Notes under the pieces: model-generated
Seen by the model: only the letters and a program-made list of their open reading frames with translations
Told to the model about the DNA's origin: nothing
Database searches by the model: none
Shown here: one piece after another, positions 12,002 to 21,336 of the stretch
Numbering within the stretch: the stretch's first letter is position 1
Layout of the letters: each line of letters begins with the position of its first letter
Origin: a virus
IMG/VR virus record: IMGVR_UViG_3300045988_130745
DNA: 64,000 bases
Reading direction: 5' to 3' (one strand)
Position numbers and translations under genes: made by a program

Positions 12002-12010
12002 GGGGGGGGG
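12002..12010 (+). repeat. G9 homopolymer tract
   Basis: Read directly: a + ggggggggg + ctac. Confidence 0.9.
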
Positions 12011-12066
12011 CTACAATGCCCTTACCTCGTTGTGTACATTTGGAAACGAACGGCTTAATCATTAGT

Positions 12067-12095
12067 TTGACTTTTCTTTCTATTGATGGTATAAT
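12067..12095 (+). promoter_or_regulatory. sigma70-like promoter upstream of cassette B
   Basis: TTGACT 12067-72, 17-nt spacer, TGG-extended TATAAT 12090-95. Confidence 0.55.
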
Positions 12096-12127
12096 AAAAT
12101 AGTAATTAAATATTGAGGGAGATAGTT

Positions 12128-12527
12128 ATGGGTAATATTCCAAGAACTACCCCCCCCCCCCGATACATCATTAAGTCTATCGGGAGTGGCGGCAGATTCT
12201 AAAATAGTTGGCGATTAGATTTCAAATTTAACATCATCTTTAGATACTAAATTTTTTTCATCTGAAATTCCTGCTAATTCGACTTTAACCTAGTCGTTTG
12301 ACAAATTACGTTATGGACATGGGCAATGCGGTTCTGTTTATCTGTCTGCATCAAATGGCGTGCCGGCTTCATGGTATTGGTATATTTACATACCTCATCG
12401 AGATGGTGGCAATGTTAGTGGCAGCGATAATATGCAATATGGTGTTTTAATCTTAATTGATTTTTGGTCAAATGCTTTTTATATCGCACGTTATACAAAT
12501 GGCACAATTAATGTCCGTTCAATTTAA
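12128..12527 (+). CDS. fibre-tip cassette B, interrupted at a C12 tract
   Basis: ATG 12128 (RBS GAGGGAG) gives MGNIPRTT(P)n. With 12 C the ATG frame stops at 12200. The long ORF (DTSLSLSGVAADSKIVGDQ... to TAA 12525-27, TAGs 12216 and 12291) is in frame only with 11 or 14 C. Confidence 0.55.
12150..12161 (+). repeat. C12 homopolymer tract
   Basis: Counted c12150-c12161. Confidence 0.85.
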
Positions 12528-12546
12528 ATATTAAGGAGAAATTTTT

Positions 12547-13097
12547 ATGGGGAGTATTCCTAGAGCTAATACCCCCCCCCCGTAATAGATAAAACTCTAT
12601 CGGTGGAGGGTGCAGTAGCAGAAAGTAAAGCGGTTGGTGACAAATTTAATTCAACAATTTTATCTTCGCCGTTATATAAATCAAAATTTGTTACCGGCTT
12701 AGGAATTTACAATTACAATTTTGGCCAACTTGCGACTAATGTAATTACAAAATATCAAGATGGTTCTTTTCTTGTTGAAATTACATTTGTAGGACATTAG
12801 CATAGCATTAGCTCAAATTCAGCTTTTGATTGGCTAAGCGGCAATGGCTTAACAGAAGACGCAAAAAGTCTAACTGGTAAAAGCAATTATAAACCAACAG
12901 CTAATTGTTTCCCCCTATTGGGCAAAGGAGTAATTCCTGCCGAAGAAGGATATAGTCCTTATGTTAGATTAACTGGAATTAATGGACATCTAAGAGTTGG
13001 ACGTATTTATGAAGCAACTGCCAATCTAGGTGATTACCAGAACTCTGTATAGCACACTGGTAATTATAGTTTTAGAATTACTTTAATTCTTTATTAA
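12547..13097 (+). CDS. fibre-tip cassette C, interrupted at a C10 tract
   Basis: ATG 12547 (RBS AAGGAG) gives MGSIPRANT(P)n. With 10 C the ATG frame hits TAA 12583. The ORF VIDKTLSVEGAVAESKAVGDK... (contains track ORF 12603..12800, TAGs 12798 and 13050, TAA 13095-97) needs 11 or 8 C. Confidence 0.55.
12572..12581 (+). repeat. C10 homopolymer tract
   Basis: Counted c12572-c12581. Confidence 0.85.
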
Positions 13098-13119
13098 TTA
13101 TATAAAATTCTTAATGTTA

Positions 13120-13150
13120 GTGCTCTCCATATTGGAGGGCACTTTTATTT
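13120..13150 (+). terminator. Rho-independent terminator
   Basis: GTGCTCTCCA/TGGAGGGCAC stem followed by TTTTATTTT. Confidence 0.7.
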
Positions 13151-13182
13151 TAGAACAAAATTTTTTATAGGAGGAAATCGCA

Positions 13183-15540
13183 ATGGATATACTCCTTTTC
13201 GGAACTCTCCGAAAATATATCGACGATACTCTTCAAGGCATGGGTGCGCTCAAAGGCGAAAAAGGCGATCGTGGAGAAAAAGGTGCCCAAGGTCCAAAAG
13301 GCGATAAAGGCGACAAGGGAGACAAAGGCGCACAAGGACTTCGCGGTATTCAAGGCTTAACTGGTGCCACTGGCGCGAAAGGCGAACGTGGCGCTCAAGG
13401 TATCCAAGGTTTAACCGGCCCCCAAGGTATCCCTGGCGTGCAAGGCATCCAAGGTCCAAAAGGCGAGAAAGGTGACAAAGGTGAAACCGGTCCCGTTGGT
13501 AAACGCGGTGTCCCTGGAGTTAATTACAACATTAAATACTTCTTGTCTACTCTTAATGAATTAAATGCCATCACTCCTGTTACCGGTTATGACGAAGCTA
13601 TTTTCGCTTATGTTGCTGAGAATAAATCAATCTATTATTCTTATGAAAGTTCTCCTTGGGCTTTCTTTGCAGATGCGTCTAATCTTTAGTTTGCGCGCGG
13701 AGAGCAAGGTGAGCAAGGTCCTCAAGGTGAGAAAGGTGATAAAGGTGACCAAGGCATTCAAGGCATCCAAGGACCGCAAGGTATCCAAGGGCCTCAAGGT
13801 CTTCAGGGCATCCAAGGAGGTAAAGGAGATAAAGGCGACAAAGGCGACAAAGGCGACCCTCTCACTTGGAATGAAGTTCCAGCAGCTGCGCGCAAAGAAC
13901 TTAAAGGTGAGAAAGGCGACAAAGGCGACACTGGTGATTCTGGTGTTTATTATGGTCCAACTGAGCCAGAAATTGACCAAGAAAAACTCGTTTGGATTGA
14001 TTCATCAGTAGAAGAATCGGCTACCACAATTGATATTGCCAACATTCCTGGACTTCAAAAAGAACTTGATTCTAAAGTTCAACTCCCAGCCAAAATTGAA
14101 AATGATACTCAATTATTTCCCGTTGTAACTTCAAAAGGTACGTCATGGGTCACTCTTGAAGAAACTGTCAACGGAATTGTTAGTGAATGTGTAAATATCA
14201 TCGTGCGTGGCACAGACAATGCGACTCTTAAAGGCACTGAAATTTATCTTCACGATGTAACAACTGACACTATATCTACTTTTGAATGGAATGGAACCAG
14301 TTTGACTATTTATGTTTTAAATGGACACAAATATTTTATCAGTGGCGCTGAAGTTGAAGGATATGAGCCTGCCGCGGATAGTTTACAATATATTGCGCGA
14401 GCTGCATAGACTCGTACAATCACTTTATCTTATCCGCGCTCAGAAGAAGCAGAATATGGCATCCGATTTTTAATTGAATCATCAGATCCATCATGTGAGC
14501 GTGTAGTAGTCAAAAATAATATTACAACTTATGGCGAAGATACGGGTTTGGTGGCTGCTATTGGTACCAAACTCACTATGCCTAAAAACAGTTTTGACGA
14601 CATCTATCCTTGGTCAGATATTCGCATTGTAACTGATTCTGATAATGCTGCCGAGGCTGCGCAAACGATGGTTAAAATTCCAAAATATTATGTCAAGGTC
14701 ACTGTTGATGATACCTATGAAACTTGGATGATTAGTCGTTATAAAAAAGCAGGATACCGTGTCGCAAAAATGTTTGCTCGTCCTGATGGAACCGAAGCAG
14801 ACTATTATGAATATGCCCGTTACGAGACCAGTGACACTAATCGTTCTCAAACTGGCGTCACTCCTCAAAGTTCAACCACTATTGAAGCATTTAGAACTGC
14901 CGCTCTTGGATTAGGTGATAATTGGCATCCAGCTGGACTTGCAGATCGAACTGATGGACTTCAGATGCTAATGACTATTGAATTTGCTACTCGCAACATT
15001 CAGTCAATAGCAGAAGGTTTGGTTAATTCTAAAACCGTTTCTGATTGCGGTTTGACCGATGGTTTAACTATTACCGAAGATTCAAAGGGCATTAAGCCTT
15101 ATTCTGGTATTGTTAAAAATGCTTTTTCTTATCGTGGAATTGAAAACCCTTACGGTAATTTACTTGAATATGCTGATGGTATTATTTTAAACAATTCTCG
15201 TGTGTACTATTGCGACGATTGGACTCGTTGGAGTAATTCAATCAATTCAAGTTACGTTCAAGCCGTTGGTACTATTCCAACTTTAAGCGGATTTATTACT
15301 AAATTGAATTATAATGAAGCTAATCCTTGGATGCGTTTGCCTAGCGAAGTAGTCACTACTGGCGATAGCGATAGTAATTATGGCGACTATTATAATGCTC
15401 CAACCGCAGATTATACCTTGCCAGTTTATGGCGGTGGTTATTCTACCAATTTGCGTGCGGGCTTATTCCACTGGAATTGTACTCGTACTTTTAATGAAAC
15501 AAATAGAGACATTGGTTCTCGTTTGGCTCGTAGTTTTTAA
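13183..15540 (+). CDS. collagen-like tail fibre protein
   Basis: ORFs 13183..13689, 14203..14409 and 14548..15540 share a frame across TAGs 13687 and 14407. Two blocks of Gly-X-Y repeats ([19 protein letters not shown]...). Confidence 0.8.
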
Positions 15541-15543
15541 GAG

Positions 15544-15876
15544 GTGATTGAAATGAGAATATCAAAAGCAACAAGCGAAATTCGCCCTCAAGATATTATT
15601 GAGCAATTATCAGCTAATCGTTTTTCTTGTCGCATTTGCGCGGACATTATTGAAACTGATAATGGTTTTGATTTCACTAGCTATCGTGATTCATTTAGCG
15701 CATCTTCTTATCCAGAATTACTTGTGAATATTATTCACACTCGTTATACCTATGACGATGAAAACAATTTTATCAATGATTATATCGCAGAAGGCATGAC
15801 TAAAAAATATCAAGACTACCGCGATTTTGTTGCTTGGGCTAAATCCCAAGCAAAATCTTATTTTAAGGAGGACTAA
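15544..15876 (+). CDS. hypothetical protein
   Basis: Track ORF immediately after the fibre gene. Start is GTG 15544 or ATG 15553. Confidence 0.6.
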   Translation: MIEMRISKATSEIRPQDIIEQLSANRFSCRICADIIETDNGFDFTSYRDSFSASSYPELLVNIIHTRYTYDDENNFINDYIAEGMTKKYQDYRDFVAWAKSQAKSYFKED

Positions 15877-15879
15877 CCT

Positions 15880-16539
15880 ATGCCTATAATGCAGCTATAT
15901 GATAAAAATACAAGCACTTGGCAAGAAGTTCCTGCCTTAAAAGGTAGTGCCGCGAAAGTAGAAGTTGGCACAGTAAAAACAGTGCCAGCCGCGGGACAAG
16001 CAAAAGTAACTAATGTTGGTACAAATACTAATGCAATTTTTGATTTTTAGCTTCCTCGTGGTATGGATGGTATTACTCCTATTCGCGGTACTGATTACTG
16101 GACGGCTGCAGACCAATAGCAAATCGTTAAGGATGTTTCTGATAAAATGAATTATCAGTTTACAGATTTAATGAATGCTATTCAAAATAAACCAGTCACT
16201 TACATTTTTGATGATAAGGCTTCTCTTGATGGCGCGCTCAATCTAACTAATAACACAGTTACCTATAATGAAAAAGTATGTAAGCTAAATCCTGGTGATG
16301 TATTTCTTTTGGTTTCAATTAACGAACCAGATTATTGGTTTGGCGAGGATTCCAATGGTGAGAAACTCCATGAACTTGATGCACGAAAAATGGAATTAAC
16401 TGAATATGTTAAATCAAGTCAATTTCAAGTGATGAATATTGATGCTTATAATGCTATTGCTACAAAAGATCCAAATACATTTTATTTCATCATTGAAAAA
16501 TCAGACCCGACTTCAAGCGATGGGGAGGCAACAATCTAA
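15880..16539 (+). CDS. tail fibre-like protein
   Basis: ATG 15880 (RBS AAGGAGG) is in frame with ORF 16147..16539 across TAGs 16048 and 16117. Contains LPRGMDGITPIRGTDYWTAAD. Confidence 0.65.
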
Positions 16540-17372
16540 TGCCTATCTTCATTAATAACAAGCGAGTTTAGCTCATTTACAAAGGCGAAACTCCTATTGA
16601 AGAAATCCACGCTCAAAACGCAACTATTTGGACTCCAAAAGCAGATTTCGCCACGGCTTCATGGGCTGAAATTAAAAAGTGGATTGAAAAGGGCACTTGG
16701 AAAGAATAGAATTGGAGCGAAGGAGACGCTCATACTATTCATATGAAGGATGGCCATATTCTCACTGCTCGAATTCTTGCAATATATGATGGCCGTGAGG
16801 AAAAAGCAACTTACAAAGGTCAAATTGATAGAGATGAAAATAATGTAAAACCGCACATGGTTCTTGAACTAACTACTTGTTTACCAGATTTTTATTCTAT
16901 CAATCTAGAGCCAGAAGTAGAAAATACTCCTCAATCTTGGGGCACTTCAAATCTTTACAAGCTAATGTCTCCTGGTGGCGAAATATATGACAATCTGCCA
17001 AATGAACTTCAATCAATGATTATCCCGGTAATGAAAAAATCTGGTATTAGTGGCAAGGTTCAAAATTCAACTCCTGAAACCACTAAGTCCTATCTTTTCC
17101 CGCTCTCAATTCGAGAGTATGTCGCAAAAGACAATATTACAAGTGAAATTAATAACAGCGAGGGTTCTCAATATCAATATTATATTGATCATCCTGGCTA
17201 TGTTACTAAAAAAGAATATGCTGGCGATAAAAATATCGTCTATTACACTCGTTCCGCAATGCAAGCTGAAAATGAACTTTATGAATATTTTTGGGCTATT
17301 GGCGGTGCGAATAACTATGCAACTTATCCATCCTATATTAGTTTAGGGACAAGTTTTGCATTTTGTATTTAA
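16539..17372 (+). CDS. hypothetical structural protein
   Basis: ATG 16539 overlaps the upstream stop. In frame with ORF 16743..17372 across TAGs 16569 and 16707. Confidence 0.65.
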
Positions 17373-17383
17373 GGAGGTCTATT

Positions 17384-17557
17384 ATGGGTTTTAGCACTTT
17401 TAAGCAAGGCGCAGATAGTTATTATGAGTTTGTTTGCGATTCTGTTGATGATATTGCTAGTCTTCCTACTGATTGCGCACCCGGCTCTGTTGCTTTTGTT
17501 ATTGAAGGTTCAGTTTGCTATATGCTAAACAATCAAGAGACATGGAAGCCTATTTGA
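17384..17557 (+). CDS. small hypothetical protein
   Basis: ATG 17384 with AAGGAGG RBS, inside track ORF 17363..17557. Ends with TGA. Confidence 0.6.
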   Translation: MGFSTFKQGADSYYEFVCDSVDDIASLPTDCAPGSVAFVIEGSVCYMLNNQETWKPI

Positions 17558-17561
17558 TTTT

Positions 17562-17909
17562 ATGAAACTTTACGGAAGTATTGCGAATTATAACTCTATA
17601 TCTGGCACAATTAATCCAGCGGGTGATATTTCCGGTGCGCTATCTAATCCGCTGGCGCGTGGTGCTTCAGCCTATGAAATTGCTGTTGCTAATGGCTATG
17701 TAGGAACTGAGGAGAAGTGGCTTGAATCACTCTAGGGGCGAACTCCTTAGCGTGGAGTTGATTATTGGACGGCCGCAGATATAGAGCAAATGAAACAAGA
17801 GTTTAGAGAATAGATGGCTAATGAAATTCAATAGGCAGTCAAAAATTTAAACTTAGATGTTTCTTTTGATATTGAAGATGGACATTTATTTGTGGATATA
17901 AAGGGGTGA
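17562..17909 (+). CDS. tail fibre N-terminal-type protein
   Basis: ATG 17562 to TGA 17907-09 with 4 in-frame TAGs. [49 protein letters not shown] is paralogous to 4553..5140. Confidence 0.6.
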
Positions 17910-17913
17910 GTTA

Positions 17914-18231
17914 ATGGACATAATTACACTTGCGTTGACTCGTAAGGCAGTTAGAGATGCTCACGTTGACCATATAGGACCACAAGGACCGGTTGGACCG
18001 AAAGGTGAGAAAGGCGATAAAGGTGACCCATTTACTTGGAACGATCTCACTGCGGAGCAAAAGAAAGAATTAACTGGTCCAAAAGGTGATAAAGGCGATA
18101 CAGGTGGAGTTGGCTATGTCTCTTTTGAGAGTGGCAACGATGGACACTTGTACGCCGTTATTGCCGAAGGGACTGATGAAATCAGTTTCAGAATTTCCGA
18201 TGATGGTAAGCTGGAGGTAATCTACGCATGA
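17914..18231 (+). CDS. short collagen-like protein
   Basis: Track ORF containing [17 protein letters not shown] and [11 protein letters not shown] triplets. Confidence 0.7.
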   Translation: MDIITLALTRKAVRDAHVDHIGPQGPVGPKGEKGDKGDPFTWNDLTAEQKKELTGPKGDKGDTGGVGYVSFESGNDGHLYAVIAEGTDEISFRISDDGKLEVIYA

Positions 18232-20651
18232 GTAAAAGAATAGATTTAGGCGCAGTAACCGCTTACGCCATTGCAGTTAAAAATGGATTTGAAGGCACAG
18301 AAGTAGCCTGGCTTGCAAGTCTTAAAGGTGCAAAGGGCGACAGGGGTGAAAAAGGCGAGCAAGGCGCGCCAGGTATTTAGGGAGAAAGAGGAGCAACTGG
18401 TGAAACTGGCCCTATTGGCCCTCAAGGTATCCAAGGACCAAGAGGTGCTCAAGGTGAGAAAGGAGATACTGGCAATGTCGGCCCAGCTGGTCCTCAAGGA
18501 CTAAAAGGCGAAACTGGTGCAGTTGGACCAGCTGGGCCGCAAGGTAAGCAAGGCATCCAAGGTGAAAAAGGTGAAACTGGTGCTGCAGGCGCCCGAGGTG
18601 AACAAGGTCCGCAAGGTATTCAAGGCATTCAAGGTCCAAAAGGCGAGAAAGGCGATCCTTTCAGTATAAAGAAAATTTATGTTTCTGTTGCTGCAATGAA
18701 TGCTGATTTTGACGGTACTGATACTTCTACTGGTGATTTTGTTCTTATTAACACTGGCAATGTTGCAGATGAAGATAATGCAAAGCTCTATGTAAAAGGC
18801 GAGAGTGCTTTTACTTTTGTCACTGATTTGTCCGGCGCGGCTGGTATACAAGGTCCGCAAGGTCCTCAAGGAGTGCAGGGTGTTCAAGGAGAACAAGGTA
18901 TTCCGGGTGTAAAGGGTGACAAAGGTGATCCAGGCTCTGATGCAACTGTCACTACTGATAATATCACCTCTGCTCTTGGCTATACTCCCGCAGATTCAAC
19001 CAAAGTTTACACTAAAACTGAAGTTGACGGAATGATTGATGGTGTTTATGCTCAAGCCGTTCGCAATGCGACTTCTGTTGCTCAAGTCAACGGCTTGTTC
19101 CAAGAGTGGTGGAAGAAAAATTGGGTTGAAGATACCTCCACCCACACTCAAATGCTTGAGCGTTGGTTTGGAAATGTTCTTACCAGTAGCAAGGTTTATG
19201 GTACCAAGCTACCTTTGTTTGCTACTTCAAATAGTGCAAATGGCGAGTATATTGACGATTCTGTTGGCATGACTTGCACTCCTTCAACTAACGCAGTTCT
19301 TGGTCAAGATGACTTCGCATTCAAGCCAGAGTTCTGGTGCATCGAAGCATCTGGTGAGCATAATTCTGACGGTTCAATTACTATCTATGCTGTTGAATTA
19401 ATTGATGACATTGCTACCGTTCGTTCTGGCGAGCATTTGACTTGGGTTCTTCAAAAGAATACTTATTGGCATGAATATACCAGTGAAGGTTATCATTTCG
19501 TCGAACTCAAATCAACTCCTGATGAAACTTGGCATCGTTGGCCGCAAGGTACATCAAAAGATGGTACAGTTCATGAGTTTATTGCTAACCCGAAGTATTA
19601 TGCCGGAATGAAAGATGGAACTATTACTGTTGGCACTAATCTTCCTGCAATTAATTTTACTTCTCATCAATCTGGCGTTGCTCTATGGCGCAAGCGTGGC
19701 AGTCAATACTCTGGCGCGAGTGGCAACCTTATCAAGTTCCTTGATATTATGATGAAGTTAAAGTATGCTAAGAAAGGTAACTCTGGGACTATTGAAGGTT
19801 GTTCAAACTATAACTGGCAATATACTACTCCTGTTGGCGAGACAGGCGTAGAACGTATTATTGTTACTACCGCGCAGGGTGCAAATATTAAAGTTGGCTC
19901 AACTGTTATTATTGGTAAGAAAGGCGGCTCTACCGATCGTGGCGATAGTGCTATGAGAAGCCTTGTTTCAATGAAGAAAGTCAAAAGTTTGGAGCCAGTC
20001 ACTATTGATGATACTTCTTATACAGCCGTTAATATTGATAATGGCGGAACAACTTTTGATACAGTTGCGAGTGAGACAATGATTTCTTCTATGCCTTATC
20101 ACTCTGGATACAATGACAACGTATTAGGTTATGATGGCAGTGCAACTAATTACACCAATGGTTCTGAACCTGGTTTGCTCCAGAAGATTGAGTTCCAGAA
20201 TGGTGCTTATCTGATTATTTCAGATGAATTGTGGCAATGGAGCAAAGATGATACAAACTATATGTTTGATTGCTATACTTGCCATGATTAGTCAAAAGTT
20301 ACTACTAATGGAACAATTTCTTCTGACTATACAAAGCAAGCTGATTTGACTTTGAAGTGGGCAGTTGAGGGTGCTAATACAAGTTGGCACTGGGAATATA
20401 TTGAAGATACTGCAATCGCTAATGATCCAGCAGTTTGCTGGCCAGCTAAAGTATCCACGACAGCTGGTAGCGGAACTGGTTGTAAAGCTGGCTTCGGCGT
20501 CGCTTTGGCGTCGTCTGGTGTGCGTGCTGGTTGGTGTTTCTGCGGTTTGTGGGGTGGCGGTCTTTGTGGTGTTTCAGCTCGTAACTCGGACGTTTCTCCT
20601 TCGTATTCTGGCTGGTACGGGGCGCTCGGCGGTCCAGGTCTTGCGGGGTGA
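18228..20651 (+). CDS. DGR target: collagen-like tail fibre with C-terminal variable domain
   Basis: ATG 18228 is in frame with ORFs 18696..20291 and 20346..20651 across TAGs 18378 and 20289. Gly-X-Y repeats near the N-terminus. The last ~50 codons are the VR ([33 protein letters not shown]...). Confidence 0.85.
20489..20635 (+). repeat. DGR variable repeat (VR)
   Basis: 147 bp alignable without gaps to 20992-21138 (offset 503). 19 mismatches, every one at a TR adenine. Confidence 0.9.
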
Positions 20652-20690
20652 ATCGAAGCCTAGGAGCACGAAGTGCGGATAGGCAAGAGA

Positions 20691-20706
20691 GGGGACGCAA
20701 GTCCCC
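20691..20706 (+). promoter_or_regulatory. GC hairpin downstream of VR (candidate DGR target-recognition element)
   Basis: GGGGAC-GCAA-GTCCCC: 6-bp GC stem with a GNRA-type loop, 40 nt after the target stop. Confidence 0.5.
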
Positions 20707-20991
20707 GTTATAATGGAAACGACCCATCCGTGCGATACGCCCGACTGTTGACTCGATCTCAATTGAATGCAGCAATAGCATGATTTAATTGAACCATTAA
20801 CTTTCAAGTCTTGTTTCATACGAAACCGAGATAGATTCAATGACTTTACCGCCATTCAAGAATCTATATAACCTAGAATAAAATTCCAAGGATACGATTC
20901 AAAGTTTAGGGAAGGATTTCTCTACTACAAAATCCTCCATTCAGTTCTTTCGGCGCTTAACGAAAGTAGGGACGTATTCCGTTGGCAGATT

Positions 20992-21138
20992 TGGCTTCAA
21001 CGTCAATTTGGCGTCGTCTGGTGTGCGTGCTGGTTGGTGTTTCTACAATTTGTAGAATGGCGGTAATTGTGGTGTTTCAGCTCGTAACTCGAACAATTCT
21101 CCTTCGAATTCTAACTGGAACGGGGCGCTCGGCGGTCC
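20992..21138 (+). repeat. DGR template repeat (TR)
   Basis: Invariant copy with 25 adenines, 19 of them substituted in VR. AAC/AAT codons are phased with VR codons. Confidence 0.9.
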
Positions 21139-21141
21139 TAG

Positions 21142-21245
21142 CCGGTCTTGCTTGCGGAGCAGTTTTACAACAATAATGCGGATTACGTTCCTAGACTTAT
21201 TTAGTTGAAATTGCTCCTGCGTAGTCAAGACCGGCTTATTTTTTT
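21142..21245 (+). promoter_or_regulatory. extended stem immediately 3' of TR, followed by a T-run
   Basis: CCGGTCTTG (21142-50) pairs with CAAGACCGG (21226-34). GGAGCA (21156-61) pairs with TGCTCC (21212-17). CTTATTTTTTT follows. Confidence 0.5.
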
Positions 21246-21336
21246 ATTCAGAAAAGAATAAGCTTAACCGCGTCTAGTAGCTTCGGCGAAAGTCGCACGG
21301 GGAGACCGGCCAAAGGACTAATAAGGAGGGCTACTT

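Larger units (their letters stand above)
11986..12105 (+). pseudogene. degenerate fibre-tip cassette A (MGTLS + G9 tract)
   Basis: ATG 11986 (RBS AAGAGG) opens with MG-T-L-S like cassettes B and C. A G9 tract follows, and no long ORF follows in any frame. Confidence 0.3.

Noticed and set aside
13250-14011. Alternative-frame and antisense ORFs across the collagen repeats: 13250..13459(-), 13565..14011(+), 13627..13980(-), 18246..18497(-), 18313..18504(+), 18412..18639(-), 18501..18896(-).
   Set aside because: They are artefacts of the periodic GGN-NNN-NNN repeat, which stays open in several frames. The Gly-X-Y frame is the only one continuous with the flanking fibre sequence.
4564-17557. Considered whether TGA might also be reassigned (code 4-like), prompted by the in-frame TGA at 29541.
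   Set aside because: TGA ends many genes, and a new RBS+start follows immediately (4566, 17557, 17909, 20651, 23322, 41406, 55962). Only the one GIY-YIG case shows conservation beyond a TGA.
20365-21228. Track ORFs over the DGR repeats and spacer: 20365..20682(+), 20446..20781(-), 20574..20855(-), 20982..21176(+), 21043..21228(-).
   Set aside because: They overlap VR, TR or the structured spacer. 20982..21176 is simply the TR copy of the VR reading frame without a start context. None looks like Avd (small, basic, helical).
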